Assembly (NCBI GenBank): GCA_963663385.2
Contig: CAXXXD010000003.1
Location: 480,001 to 544,000, forward strand
Origin: Oceanispirochaeta sp.
GTDB taxonomy: Bacteria > Spirochaetota > Spirochaetia > DSM-2461
Direction: 5' to 3'
DNA length: 64,000 nucleotides
This document shows, in pieces, positions 27,542 through 38,050 of this stretch; position 1 is the first letter of the stretch; every line of letters starts with the position of its first letter. Position numbers and translations under genes: made by a program. The notes under the pieces are model-generated. The model was not told where the DNA came from. It ran no database searches and saw only the letters and a program-made list of their open reading frames with translations.

Positions 27542-28196
27542 AATAGCCCTGATTCATACGACACCTCTTGTTCTGGAACCTGTACAGAAGGCATTGGATC
27601 CCCTGCGGGAGAGGTATCACTTTTTTCATATGCTGGACGAAGCTGTTCTGATAAGGATGATGAAGGACGGCAATACCGGGGACCTTGCCATTCCCTGGCT
27701 GGCGGGTCTTGTCGAAAACGCTTTCAGGGGAGGAGCCGAGGGAATTATCGTAACCTGCAGCTCCCTCTCTCCCTGGGTGCGGGAAATTCAGTCCCTGTTT
27801 GAAAAGCCCGTCCTCCGTATTGATGAAGTCCTGTACCATCATGTGTTTTCCACCTGTTCCCGTCCTGCCGTACTCATGACGAATCCTACAAACGAATTCC
27901 CCGCCCGGGTTCTGACTGAAGAGATGAAAGCCCTTTGCGGTTTGCAGGCGGAAGTGCCGTTTATTGTCTGCAAGGATGCTTTCAAAGCCCTGCAGAATGG
28001 TGATCAGGAAAGCCATGACCGTGAGGTGGCCGAGACCATTGCCCGGCTGTCAGAAGACCACGACGGAATTATCCTTTCCCAGATATCCATCGAGCGGGTA
28101 AGGAACTCCCTGCCGCCGGACTTGAGGGAAATGGTATACTCCAGTCTGGATTTTATCAAGGAAACCCTGGCAAATCATGGTTTGCAGTACTGTTAA
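27531..28196 (+). CDS. Asp/Glu/hydantoin racemase-like protein
   Basis: IALIHTT, VTCSSL, PVLRIDE, IILSQIS; overlaps the larA-like stop. Confidence 0.75.
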   Translation: MKTEIALIHTTPLVLEPVQKALDPLRERYHFFHMLDEAVLIRMMKDGNTGDLAIPWLAGLVENAFRGGAEGIIVTCSSLSPWVREIQSLFEKPVLRIDEVLYHHVFSTCSRPAVLMTNPTNEFPARVLTEEMKALCGLQAEVPFIVCKDAFKALQNGDQESHDREVAETIARLSEDHDGIILSQISIERVRNSLPPDLREMVYSSLDFIKETLANHGLQYC

Positions 28197-28297
28197 TACG
28201 GCAGGACCGGAAGTGAAAATACATAGCTTTCTTTTATACAAACATTGCATTTTGCCTTTACTCCCATAGAATTCAGATTAAGGAATAAGGAGGCAGT

Positions 28298-28546
28298 ATG
28301 GAATATCAACTAGTCGCTGTAAAAGTGGGACACCGGGAGGATTCCGCTTCAAAGGTCCAATCGATACTTACATCCTTCGGGTGCAGCATCAAGGTTCGGC
28401 TTGGTCTGCATGATCTCCCGGAAGGAGCCTGTTCTCCCGCAGGGCTGATTATACTGCAGGTAACGGCAGGGGATGATGAGCTCAATAGATTCCTCGATGA
28501 TCTGAATCAGCTGGAGGATGTTGTAGCAAGATCTCTTACCATTTAG
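28298..28546 (+). CDS. Small ACT-like protein (TM1266 / iron-only hydrogenase system regulator-like)
   Basis: KVQ.ILT.FGC.IK.RLGLHD motif; AAGGAGG RBS. Confidence 0.72.
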   Translation: MEYQLVAVKVGHREDSASKVQSILTSFGCSIKVRLGLHDLPEGACSPAGLIILQVTAGDDELNRFLDDLNQLEDVVARSLTI

Positions 28547-28607
28547 TTTTAGAGATTGTACCATATGTTACAGTAGTGAAAGGCAATCTTATTTATAATC
28601 TGCGGTA

Positions 28608-28805
28608 ATGAAACTATATAAAGTACTGGCAGCCGAATATACGGAGGTATTTCCTTCTTCCCGGGAGAAAGCGGATTTTGTTGAATCGTACCTTGAAAAA
28701 CGCCTGACTCAGCAGATCCTTGATATCGGCTGTTCCAGCGGTGAGTTTGCCATTCAGTTAGCCTCTCCCAGGAGACATCCATACGGCTTCTCACCGGACC
28801 TTTGA
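28608..28805 (+). pseudogene. Truncated class I SAM methyltransferase fragment
   Basis: Y..LA..Y..VFP N-terminus and ILDIGCSSG motif I, then stops after 65 aa. Confidence 0.65.
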
Positions 28806-28897
28806 AACACATTTCCCGGAAATGTAACTATCAATATAAATTGTCACAACTCTGCAGATCGTTTAATATAATTCTATAGTATGTGGAGGTTGTAAAA

Positions 28898-29713
28898 ATG
28901 ATTCAGTGGTTATCTCAGTTCCATCCCGTAACTCAGGCTTTAATGGGCACGCTATTTACCTATGGTGTCACGGCACTGGGGGCCGCAATGGTTTTTTTCT
29001 TCAGAAGTATAAACAAAAAAGTATTGAACGGGATGCTCGGTTTTGCCGCAGGAGTTATGATAGCCGCCTCATACTGGTCCCTCCTGGCGCCGGCAATAGA
29101 AATGTCGGCAGAACTGCCCGGCCCGGAGTGGGTTCCCGCTCTAGTGGGATTCCTCCTGGGGGGTGGCTTTCTCTGGGTGATCGACAAAACTTTACCCCAT
29201 GTTCATCCCGGATTTAAACAGGGAGAGCAGGAAGGGATTAAATCAGGCTGGCAGAGAAGTGTCCTCCTTGTCCTGGCTATCACAATTCATAACTTTCCCG
29301 AAGGTCTGGCCGTCGGTGTGGCTTTTGGAGCCGTAGGGGCCGGTCTTCCCTCTGCTTCAATCGCCGGGGCCGTCGCTCTGGCTATCGGTATAGGGATTCA
29401 GAACTTTCCGGAAGGGGCCGCTGTCTCTGTCCCCCTGAGAAGAGAAGGGCTCAGCCGGAAAAAAAGTTTTGTTTACGGACAGTTTTCCGGTATGGTTGAG
29501 CCGGTTGCCGGAGTGCTGGGCGCTGCTTCGGTTATTCTCTTCCGTCCCCTTCTGCCATACGCCCTGGCCTTTGCCGCAGGCGCCATGATCTATGTTGTGG
29601 TGGAGGAACTGGTCCCCTCCGCCCAGGCGGATGAAGACCATAATGATATCTCCACAATCGGTGCCATGCTGGGATTCGCCGTTATGATGACGCTGGATGT
29701 GGCTCTGGGATAA
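28898..29713 (+). CDS. ZIP family metal transporter (ZupT/GufA-like)
   Basis: [40 protein letters not shown]. Confidence 0.93.
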   Translation: MIQWLSQFHPVTQALMGTLFTYGVTALGAAMVFFFRSINKKVLNGMLGFAAGVMIAASYWSLLAPAIEMSAELPGPEWVPALVGFLLGGGFLWVIDKTLPHVHPGFKQGEQEGIKSGWQRSVLLVLAITIHNFPEGLAVGVAFGAVGAGLPSASIAGAVALAIGIGIQNFPEGAAVSVPLRREGLSRKKSFVYGQFSGMVEPVAGVLGAASVILFRPLLPYALAFAAGAMIYVVVEELVPSAQADEDHNDISTIGAMLGFAVMMTLDVALG

Positions 29714-29725
29714 AACCGGAAAATC

Positions 29726-30169
29726 CTACTTTTCCTTTCTTTCCAGAATCATCCGGAAAGGAATAAAAACAACCATATTCAGTATCACTGCATACAGCAT
29801 GGTAATAAGGGCGACAGCCAGATTGGGGCCGATTTTGGCTGTATCGCTTATATCCGCCAGAACGGCTATCATTCCCGTCAGAAATCCGAACAGACCCGCC
29901 GCCAGGGTATAGGCTCCCATATTTTTAAAATACCTTACTGCCTGCCTGGTGATTTCAGGTTCCGGATCTATCTGGAACACTGCCTTGAAGTAGAGGAAAC
30001 CGGGTGTCAGACCATAGAAGAAAAGGGATACAATCAGACCGAAAATCAGAATCACCAGCAGACTGGCCATATCGACATAGAACAACGGATTGGTTCGGGT
30101 CAGAACAATCAGGCTTACAACGGCACCTGAAAACAGAATCAAATACAGAAAATAACCACTCTTTTTCAT
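29726..30169 (-). CDS. Short MotA/TolQ/ExbB-like membrane protein
   Basis: D..SLLVI, G..GFL.G.I..L, IGPNLAVALIT.LY. Confidence 0.75.
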   Translation of the reverse strand: MKKSGYFLYLILFSGAVVSLIVLTRTNPLFYVDMASLLVILIFGLIVSLFFYGLTPGFLYFKAVFQIDPEPEITRQAVRYFKNMGAYTLAAGLFGFLTGMIAVLADISDTAKIGPNLAVALITMLYAVILNMVVFIPFRMILERKEK

Positions 30170-30190
30170 AAAAAACCTCACTATTTTTTT

Positions 30191-30490
30191 TCAAGTAACA
30201 GAATCGATTAAAAATGTCCGGACCTCTTCCATCCGGATACGGAACAGCTCTCCGTCCATCTGCCGGGAAGCGGGACTGAAGCGGGGATTCCCCCAGATAA
30301 CGGAGAGCAGAGTTGTCAGCCCCAGGACCAGAACGATACCGGCGCAGCGCTGAACCAGTTCTTTCTGTTTCCGGCGGTAAAAATTATCTGGTCGGGGAAG
30401 ATCCTGTTCCCTGAAGGGGAAGGGGGCTGACCGGGAAAGTTCGTTTTCAAAACCCCGCCGGATCATTTTCCTGAATATACTTTTTTTCAT
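30191..30490 (-). CDS. Single-TM protein, candidate anti-sigma factor
   Basis: Overlaps the sigma stop (ATGA); basic N-term and one TM helix. Confidence 0.6.
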   Translation of the reverse strand: MKKSIFRKMIRRGFENELSRSAPFPFREQDLPRPDNFYRRKQKELVQRCAGIVLVLGLTTLLSVIWGNPRFSPASRQMDGELFRIRMEEVRTFLIDSVT

Positions 30491-31050
30491 TTCAGCTCCT
30501 CCTCCAGTTTCTTTTTCAGGATCTTCAGCCGGTAGCGCAGGGTATCCGGAGGAATCCCCATCACCCTTGCGGCGGCCCGTCCCGACAGACCTTCAAAACC
30601 GGTCAGAAACAGGATCTGCCTGTCCCTCTCCTCCTGACGGTTCAGAAACTCTCTGACGGCTTCATCCCTTTCCCGAATCAGGTAGAGGCCCTCCGGTGTG
30701 GGAGAGTTATCCGGTATCCCGTTGATTCTTTCGTCTCTTCCATTATCTGTACTGTTCAGAATCTGACTCTCCCGTAACCCGAACACCTTTCTCCGCCAGT
30801 CTGTCAGGGTATTGCCCGCTATCCGGTAGATCCAGGTCGCCGGGGCGTAGAGAGGATTGTACCGGTCCAGAGACCGGTAGATTTTCAGCATGATCTCCTG
30901 AACCAGATCCTCCCGGTCCTCTCTGGTGAGACCGGATACAGCTTTGAGATACAGATCCAGCCGGGGAGACCAGAGGTCCCATAGCTGGCGGATGGCAGTA
31001 CCGTTTCCTGCGGCAGCCTTCTGCAGCAGGCTGCGGTCTTTTATATTCAT
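30487..31050 (-). CDS. ECF RNA polymerase sigma-70 factor
   Basis: EDLVQE, TWIYRIA.N..D..RK, region 4 HTH GLSGR.AA..MGIP..T. Confidence 0.9.
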   Translation of the reverse strand: MNIKDRSLLQKAAAGNGTAIRQLWDLWSPRLDLYLKAVSGLTREDREDLVQEIMLKIYRSLDRYNPLYAPATWIYRIAGNTLTDWRRKVFGLRESQILNSTDNGRDERINGIPDNSPTPEGLYLIRERDEAVREFLNRQEERDRQILFLTGFEGLSGRAAARVMGIPPDTLRYRLKILKKKLEEELK

Positions 31051-31341
31051 GTCTACAGTATACGGTTGCTGTACGGGAATGCGTGAAACATCGGGGTGAA
31101 AAAAGTAAAATATCCGCATGAACTCCCTACAGTCAGTTCTCCCGCAGGGATAGCAAATCTGCTCCTTATGCAGTTTATCTGTCACGGGTGATAAGTATCC
31201 GGCAAATAGACAATTCCCCGGACGGTATTCGCATCTCGCATGATATTATTAGGTGATTTCTCTAGAATAATAATGTTGACTCTGAGTGCTAGAAGCTTTA
31301 TATCAGGAAAAAATCTTATTTTTTACCGATACAAAACAATT

Positions 31342-32193
31342 CTACGGGGTGCATACACAGGGCAGAATATTCTCCAGCAGTTCATCCGGTACTGCAAAGT
31401 CTCCTTCGCCAATGCCAAGTCTGATATGCTCTCTATTTGCTCCATGGAAGTCTGTTCCGCCTGACTTCAGAAAGCCGAAATGTTCAATTAATTGAGCGCA
31501 CCGCAGTGACTCTTTTTCCGAATAGGAGGGATAAAAATACTCCATGCCATCCAATCCCATTTCTTTCAGCTCTTTCAGACGTATAAACGTTTCCTCATCG
31601 GAATAACCTTTCAGACCTATGGGCAAGTGGAAATGAGCCATAAATGCTTTTCCTCCGGCTTCATGAATAGCCGAAAACGCGTCTTCCGGTGTTATAAGTT
31701 CTCCATCAGTATACTCTATATGGTCCAGAAAATTCATCCAGGCATGCTTTATGGAAGGAGCATAACCTTCTGCAAATAAAAACTTTGCAATAGCCTGACG
31801 GTCCATATAACCGCCAGTGATATAGGGTTCCACATCTTCATGTTCAAATTGAACTCCCATGGAGTGTATTTTATTGAAAACATGGGTCAGCTTTAAAGAT
31901 CGAACCTGCCTGTACCGTGTATAAATTGACATAAAGCCCTCATTTCGGGGTTCAATTCCCAGGCCAAGGATATGGATCAACCGGTTCCTGCCGTAGGCGA
32001 CACTGAATTCAATTCCTCTGACAAGTTTTATACCCAGTCTATCGGCTTCGGATTGAGCTTCATCAATCCCGTCAATGCTGTCATGATCTGTAATGGCAAC
32101 AGCTGTCAGTCCGGCTTTCTTTGCCGCCTGTATCAATTCCCTCGGACTGACAGTTCCGTCAGAAATAGTAGTATGCGCATGTAAATCTATCAC
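31342..32193 (-). CDS. PHP domain metal-dependent phosphoesterase
   Basis: DLHAHT..SDG, AITDHD, GIE, HILG, AH, GGTDFHG. Confidence 0.92.
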   Translation of the reverse strand: MIDLHAHTTISDGTVSPRELIQAAKKAGLTAVAITDHDSIDGIDEAQSEADRLGIKLVRGIEFSVAYGRNRLIHILGLGIEPRNEGFMSIYTRYRQVRSLKLTHVFNKIHSMGVQFEHEDVEPYITGGYMDRQAIAKFLFAEGYAPSIKHAWMNFLDHIEYTDGELITPEDAFSAIHEAGGKAFMAHFHLPIGLKGYSDEETFIRLKELKEMGLDGMEYFYPSYSEKESLRCAQLIEHFGFLKSGGTDFHGANREHIRLGIGEGDFAVPDELLENILPCVCTP

Positions 32194-32305
32194 CGGAAAC
32201 TCCTATACGATTCCAATTGAGCAGAGATTATATTAGATGTTGATTATACTTAATATTCAATACATATTAAATCCATACAGAGAAGAATCTGTCGTTGATC
32301 TGAAC

Positions 32306-34402
32306 TTAACTGGTTGTAAACCTTCCGAATTTTCCTGAAAGTTCGGAAACTATATTATCAAGCTCCTTTGCTACTTCGGCTGTCCTGTTCATGAAATCGG
32401 AAGCCTGCTCGGAAGAAGCATTCATTTTTCGCATGTTTTCGGAAATAGTGACAGATTTGTTATTTACAACAGAAAGTGCCTGGTTTGTTGAGTTTATTCC
32501 GCTGCTTATTTCATTTGAACCGGAATTTACTTCGTTTGTGATGCTATTAATCAGCTCCGTTGATTCAAGTATCTGCTTACCCCCTGCATTCAGTTCCGAT
32601 ACAGCTTCTTCAATTTCAAAGAATGCATTAACTGTTGAATCAATCTCATTTCTGATGGAATCAAAAGTATTAAGTGTGTTCTCCATACTCCGGGCTGTTT
32701 TTTCAACACCGGATGTCATTTCAGTTATCATCCTGCTGATTGAATCAGCCGAGCTGCCTGATGTTTCTGCAAGTTTACGTATTTCCTCGGCAACAACAGC
32801 AAAGCCTTTGCCCGAATCACCGGCATGAGCAGCCTCAATTGCCGCATTCATAGAGAGTAAATTCGTCTGGTCGGCAATATCATTGATCACTTCAGTCATC
32901 TCTCTGATATTCGAGATATAATTGACAACACCGGAAAGTTCATTTGAAGTTTCCCGAACCTGTATCCCCCCGTCATCTATCGCCTTTTTCAGTTTCTGAG
33001 TAGAAACTTTCCTGGAGTTTGTAATAACACCCACATTATTCAGTGATGCAATCATCTCATTAATGGCGGCTGTAGATTCTTCGACTGCAGCAGTCTGCGA
33101 TGATGTAATATTATCAAACGATTCCGTACTGGCTGCTATCTGTTCAAGTGCAGTAGCACTACTTTCTAACTGATTGTTCATCTCTGTTAAGTCCAAATCA
33201 ATATTCTTAATATTGCCCTTTATACCCTCACTGGTTTCCGCCATCAGGAACGTGCTTTCAAGCATCTCGTCTTTTATTCTGGCGGTGTCCTCGATCGCAT
33301 TTTGAATATCAGAAATCAATCTGTGCAGATTCTCTATAAACTGATTAAAATTATCAGCTACTTCGCCGATTTCATCCTTTGATACATTCTCTATCCTTTT
33401 TGTTAAATCCGCATCTCCATGAGCAATTTTAGAGAGCGATCTATTTATATTGTTCAAGGGCGAAAGAATAATCTTGAGAGACAGTGTCATAACTGTCATC
33501 AAAATAACAAGAGATACAATCGAAGAGATTAATAGGGCACGGAGAATCGGTTTAAGTCTGTTCCTGAAGCTGTTTACAGGAACAGCCGCTGCAACTATGC
33601 CGTAATGAGTGTCCTGAAACGCCGTAAAGACTTCCGTCCCCTTCCAGGTATAGTATAGACTTCCGGTTCTCATTTCAAAGATCCTATCTGAAAAGTCAAA
33701 TACTGACATATTGGAACCGACCAGCCTGTGATTGGAATGATACAAGCATGTTTTTGTTTTTGCATCCAGAATATAGGCATAACCGCCCTCTTCGTAATGT
33801 GTATTATCAATCATCGTCTGTAGATCAGAAGCTTCATACAGCTCCTGTAATTCCTGCGGTTTTACACCAATCTGAACAAGTCCGTTACTATTCATCAGGG
33901 GGACACCTAAATACTGGAATAAAGCATTATCAGCTGTCCGCATCTGCGGTTCCTGGGCTAACTCATAATCCTTTTCAGTCAGCATTCGCAGGAACGGCTT
34001 TGTCTGTTTTCCCGAATTAAAATCAAAACCGAAAAACTCAGGATTCGTCCCGGATATAATTATTCCATTATGATTAACAACATGTATCTCTTCAATTCCT
34101 ATTGATGAAGCTATTTCCTTCATTTTTTCAGCAGTCATGTCTTTCGGACAGTCTTCTATATGGTTTCGAATACTTCTGGTAACCCTCAGAAGATTCATAT
34201 TATGCGATTCTTCAAGTTTTTTGGTAATTTTGTGATTCATTTCCACATTCATAACAATATCGCTCAATGTTGCCTGAGTGGAAAGCCTCATAGTTGAATC
34301 AATCTCTTTTGCAATGTTTGTATACCCGATAAATGATACAACGAATGATGCGGCAGCCAATAGTATAATTCCCGGGATTAACAGTTTCGTGCTTATTTTC
34401 AT
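32306..34402 (-). CDS. Methyl-accepting chemotaxis protein (Cache-like sensor, HAMP)
   Basis: Two TMs, [46 protein letters not shown]. Confidence 0.95.
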   Translation of the reverse strand: MKISTKLLIPGIILLAAASFVVSFIGYTNIAKEIDSTMRLSTQATLSDIVMNVEMNHKITKKLEESHNMNLLRVTRSIRNHIEDCPKDMTAEKMKEIASSIGIEEIHVVNHNGIIISGTNPEFFGFDFNSGKQTKPFLRMLTEKDYELAQEPQMRTADNALFQYLGVPLMNSNGLVQIGVKPQELQELYEASDLQTMIDNTHYEEGGYAYILDAKTKTCLYHSNHRLVGSNMSVFDFSDRIFEMRTGSLYYTWKGTEVFTAFQDTHYGIVAAAVPVNSFRNRLKPILRALLISSIVSLVILMTVMTLSLKIILSPLNNINRSLSKIAHGDADLTKRIENVSKDEIGEVADNFNQFIENLHRLISDIQNAIEDTARIKDEMLESTFLMAETSEGIKGNIKNIDLDLTEMNNQLESSATALEQIAASTESFDNITSSQTAAVEESTAAINEMIASLNNVGVITNSRKVSTQKLKKAIDDGGIQVRETSNELSGVVNYISNIREMTEVINDIADQTNLLSMNAAIEAAHAGDSGKGFAVVAEEIRKLAETSGSSADSISRMITEMTSGVEKTARSMENTLNTFDSIRNEIDSTVNAFFEIEEAVSELNAGGKQILESTELINSITNEVNSGSNEISSGINSTNQALSVVNNKSVTISENMRKMNASSEQASDFMNRTAEVAKELDNIVSELSGKFGRFTTS

Positions 34403-34505
34403 TGTGCTATCCTATTACTATTTTTTTTTAAGAATCTGAAACCATAAAAGAACCTTCCGTTTCAGCAAAATCACATAGAATGTTCCCCTGCACTGCAGTA
34501 AAACT

Positions 34506-35996
34506 CTAACCGGCAGCCTTCGGTTCCCGGTCAAAAAAAACAACGGTGTTTCTACCGGCTTCCTTAGCCTCGTAGAGGGCTTCATCAGCTCTTTTCAGCA
34601 GTTTTATTATGTCATCGTTACGATTACTGACAGTACATCCAAAGCTTGCATTGCAGGAATGGACTTCCGGGAATATATGACTTTCGATAATCTTCCGGAG
34701 TTTTTCTGCCAGATTCAGAATCCCGGCTTTATCCGTAAGAGGACAGATAATCAAAAACTCTTCTCCTCCCCATCGTCCCAGTACATCCTGATTTCTGACA
34801 TTTTCTTTCAATAACTGTGTAAATTGAATTAGAACCTGGTCGCCCATGAGATGCCCGTATGTATCGTTGATAAGTTTAAAATGATCAATATCAAGCAGAA
34901 TAATGCCGAAATAATGCTTTGTATGTAATGAACAGGCCATCTCCATTTTTAAAATTTCATCCAGTTTGAATCTGTTATTAATGCCTGTTAAACGATCTGT
35001 TGTAGCCATCCTGTTCAATGTGGTATTCTTTTTTTCCAGAGTCCTCTTGAGCGTATTCAGATCATTAAGGAGGCTTTGGATGTGTCTTTTCTCTTTGGAT
35101 ATTCTTCTGTTCCAGTAAGCAAATGCTGCAATTATGACTGCCGCAAAAGCCAGCACTCTCCAAATCAGAGAATAGTCGGCTATATCAACATTAATTCTTA
35201 TCCACCTGTTGTATATACGGTTATGTTCCTGGGGTGTTATCTGGCTCAGAACCCGGTTAAAAATGGCTACCGTTTTTTCATGCCCCGGAGGAAGGCCCAG
35301 ACGATGTTCAAATACAAACTCTGTTTTTCCGGCAATCCGCAGATCATATCCCGTTTTTTTTATGTTGTGTACAACGACTGCCATATGCCCGACGAAGGCG
35401 TATAGTTCTCCCCGATTTAAAAGCCGCAGTCCCTCTTCGACGTTCCTTACGGGAACCAGCTCAATCCCCGGATAGTTCTGCTTCAGAAAATTATGACTGG
35501 TATAATTTTCCCCCACTCCAACCCGTTTGCCCTCCAGTTCTCGGGTACTGTTTATAAAATCAATACCAGCCTGGGTAGCAATGACCAGAGGGAAGGATAA
35601 ATAGGGGTCTGTCAGCAGGACTTCCGTTCCTATGTCATCTTCCGCTGCAATAGCAGGTATAATTTCTATTTCCTTATTTCTGAATTTTTCAAGAACTTCC
35701 TGCCAGGTGCTGCTCCGGACATAGTCCATTTTCAGGCCGGTTGAGTCTGTTAGAATTTTCAGGTAGTCGGCGATAATACCGCTGTATATGGTTTCATCAA
35801 ATGTATTGGAGAGAGGCTCCCAATTCACTTCGCTGAATCGCAGACGGGCTTCCTGAGCCAACCATTCCCTTTCTTCTTCAGATAGATCCAAAGAGTGTAT
35901 TGTTTCAATGGAAAAGATCAGCAGCATTTGGAAGATGACAATTCGAACAATTCTATTCTTTATTTTTTTCTTATTAATATTCAATGAACTCATCAT
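34506..35996 (-). CDS. Diguanylate cyclase with periplasmic solute-binding (PBPb) sensor
   Basis: DRLTGINNR, DIDHFK.IND.YGH, RNQD I-site, GGEEF, ADEALYEAK..GRN. Confidence 0.93.
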   Translation of the reverse strand: MMSSLNINKKKIKNRIVRIVIFQMLLIFSIETIHSLDLSEEEREWLAQEARLRFSEVNWEPLSNTFDETIYSGIIADYLKILTDSTGLKMDYVRSSTWQEVLEKFRNKEIEIIPAIAAEDDIGTEVLLTDPYLSFPLVIATQAGIDFINSTRELEGKRVGVGENYTSHNFLKQNYPGIELVPVRNVEEGLRLLNRGELYAFVGHMAVVVHNIKKTGYDLRIAGKTEFVFEHRLGLPPGHEKTVAIFNRVLSQITPQEHNRIYNRWIRINVDIADYSLIWRVLAFAAVIIAAFAYWNRRISKEKRHIQSLLNDLNTLKRTLEKKNTTLNRMATTDRLTGINNRFKLDEILKMEMACSLHTKHYFGIILLDIDHFKLINDTYGHLMGDQVLIQFTQLLKENVRNQDVLGRWGGEEFLIICPLTDKAGILNLAEKLRKIIESHIFPEVHSCNASFGCTVSNRNDDIIKLLKRADEALYEAKEAGRNTVVFFDREPKAAG

Positions 35997-36210
35997 TATC
36001 TCCGGATACCCGAGCTCTGGCAAAATCGATTTCCAGTTTCAATTGCCTGTTCATCCGACGGGTAAATACGGCTGCATTGAGAATAATTAAAGTCAGAGCC
36101 GTCAGTCCCAGAAGAAATACAACCTGAACAATGGAATCTCCATCTGAAAAAAAAATCTCATTTGGGATATTGGCCTGAATCGTAAAAATTAAATCCTTTA
36201 TCTTTTTCAT
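35974..36210 (-). CDS. Small single-TM hypothetical protein
   Basis: AAGGA RBS, one hydrophobic helix, overlaps the GGDEF start. Confidence 0.55.
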   Translation of the reverse strand: MKKIKDLIFTIQANIPNEIFFSDGDSIVQVVFLLGLTALTLIILNAAVFTRRMNRQLKLEIDFARARVSGDNDEFIEY

Positions 36211-36270
36211 TATTTATTTTTCCTTAAATCCTCTTCTGTTTTATCTGATCCATTCGTATTGATCTGGGGT

Positions 36271-37821
36271 TCAAACCTCTTTGAGGTATTCGTATACCGA
36301 TTCGATTTCCTTCAGAGACTCCTCAAAGCATTTAAATACTTCGGGATCAAAATGCCCGCTCATATCCTCTTTCATAATCAGTAAGGCCGCTTTTATGGAA
36401 AAAGCTTTTTTATAGGATCGTTTTGAGGTCAGCGCATCGAAAACATCCGCTATTGCAATAATCCGGCCTGCTATTGGTATCTCCTGGCCGGAAAGTCCCC
36501 TTGGATATCCTGTCCCATCAAATTTCTCATGGTGGCTGCTAATAATCTCTGCAGCCATTTCCATTAAGGAGAGCGAGGAATACTGTAAAAGATTATCACT
36601 GATCTGCCGGATGACTTCTTCTCCGATAGTGACATGTCTCTGCATCTTTTTTCTCTCTTCTGCGCTTAGGCAACCAGGTTTATTAAGAATATAATCGGGG
36701 ATCCCTATCTTACCGATATCATGAAGAGGAGCGAACCAGAGAATCTCCCGGATCAGTCTGGGAGGAATATCATTGTTTTTTTCATAGTATTTACAGGCAA
36801 TAATATGGGAATAACGAGACATCCGTTGGATATGACGGGCTGTTTCATCGTCTTTTTCATGAGAAATTTTTACAAAGGCCTGTGAAATAAAGACCACGAT
36901 ATACTGGAGTATGTACTCCATATAAAGTTTGTGCTTTATTGCATCCAGAACACGGTAGCCAAAGTTGGTCTCCAGTTTACAGAACGTTCCCTCTTTTCTC
37001 AGGGCAAGGACATAACCTACGCAATGACCCTTGAACCGGATTGGAAAAATAACACAGGCTTTATAGTCCTGGTTTATCATCTCCATAGTCAGCTGTGAAA
37101 CAGGATTCTTAACGGCAAAGTTTTCAAGATTATTAATAATCAGGCTTTCTTTATCATGTAAAAGTCTTCTCAGTAGTTTTCCGTCAAAGTGACCCTTATA
37201 AAATGTTTCCATCTTCAGATCCCAGGCAGTTTCATAAATTGTCTCAACGTTGTACTTGCCCTCTCTGTCCAGAAAAGCTAATCCGAGTTTATCACTTTTC
37301 ATTTTCTGATCCAGAATCTGTTTGAACTTAACCATGACCTGTTCAAGATTGCCATGGATATCTATTTCTCCTATTTGGCGGAATAGAGAGTCTTCATTAA
37401 TAAAATCTGAGTTTTGTTCACACGTCTCCGACCGGTAGGCTCTTCTGTTTTTTCTAAATTGGAGTGATATTTCACCGGAGGGATTTCCTTCCCGGTTTCT
37501 GCCTCTGAAATAGTTTGTCTTCTGATATAAAGAAGTTATCCATGCGGCTGGGCTGAACTTTCGGGTTACTATTAAGCCGGTGACTAAAATCAGGATCAGC
37601 ATCCCATGAAGATAGGCATCCAGTGAAATGGACCAGTTCCAGATTCCTGTATTCCCATTAGGTTCCAGCGCATTTGAACTTTCCAATTTAGAAAACGGAT
37701 GACTATCGGGTGGTGTCTCCTGCAGGATAAATTGTTCTTTTAAATCGGAAAGCAAAAGTGTTAGAACCACGAGGATACTGAGGCAATAAAGGATAGTATT
37801 AAAGGATACGTTTTTTTTCAT
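36271..37821 (-). CDS. Membrane-anchored GAF-like + HD-GYP phosphodiesterase
   Basis: ET..H..R, HDIGKIGIPD, HHEKFDGTGYP, ADVFDALTS.R.YK. Confidence 0.92.
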   Translation of the reverse strand: MKKNVSFNTILYCLSILVVLTLLLSDLKEQFILQETPPDSHPFSKLESSNALEPNGNTGIWNWSISLDAYLHGMLILILVTGLIVTRKFSPAAWITSLYQKTNYFRGRNREGNPSGEISLQFRKNRRAYRSETCEQNSDFINEDSLFRQIGEIDIHGNLEQVMVKFKQILDQKMKSDKLGLAFLDREGKYNVETIYETAWDLKMETFYKGHFDGKLLRRLLHDKESLIINNLENFAVKNPVSQLTMEMINQDYKACVIFPIRFKGHCVGYVLALRKEGTFCKLETNFGYRVLDAIKHKLYMEYILQYIVVFISQAFVKISHEKDDETARHIQRMSRYSHIIACKYYEKNNDIPPRLIREILWFAPLHDIGKIGIPDYILNKPGCLSAEERKKMQRHVTIGEEVIRQISDNLLQYSSLSLMEMAAEIISSHHEKFDGTGYPRGLSGQEIPIAGRIIAIADVFDALTSKRSYKKAFSIKAALLIMKEDMSGHFDPEVFKCFEESLKEIESVYEYLKEV

Positions 37822-38050
37822 ATTTTAATAACCTGTATTTTTTGATTCTGTGTTTCTGCTTTTTTGAGGCATATCAATAGGATTCAGGATTAGCTGGAGT
37901 ATTTTTTTAATAAACTCGTTTGCGTTTTGAACAAGGGCATTGGAAGAAAAACGAAATTGCAAAAATCTAATATTATTCTGAAATTATCCTGTGTCCGCCT
38001 GTTTTTGTGTGAACGAGAAGGATCATAGGATAAATAATCTCAATCGTATA

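Noticed and set aside
30487..31185. Longer 232-aa start for the ECF sigma (similarly extended starts at 16493, 27450, 39970, 60319)
   Set aside because: The extensions run through promoter or upstream-gene sequence; downstream ATGs fit domain boundaries better
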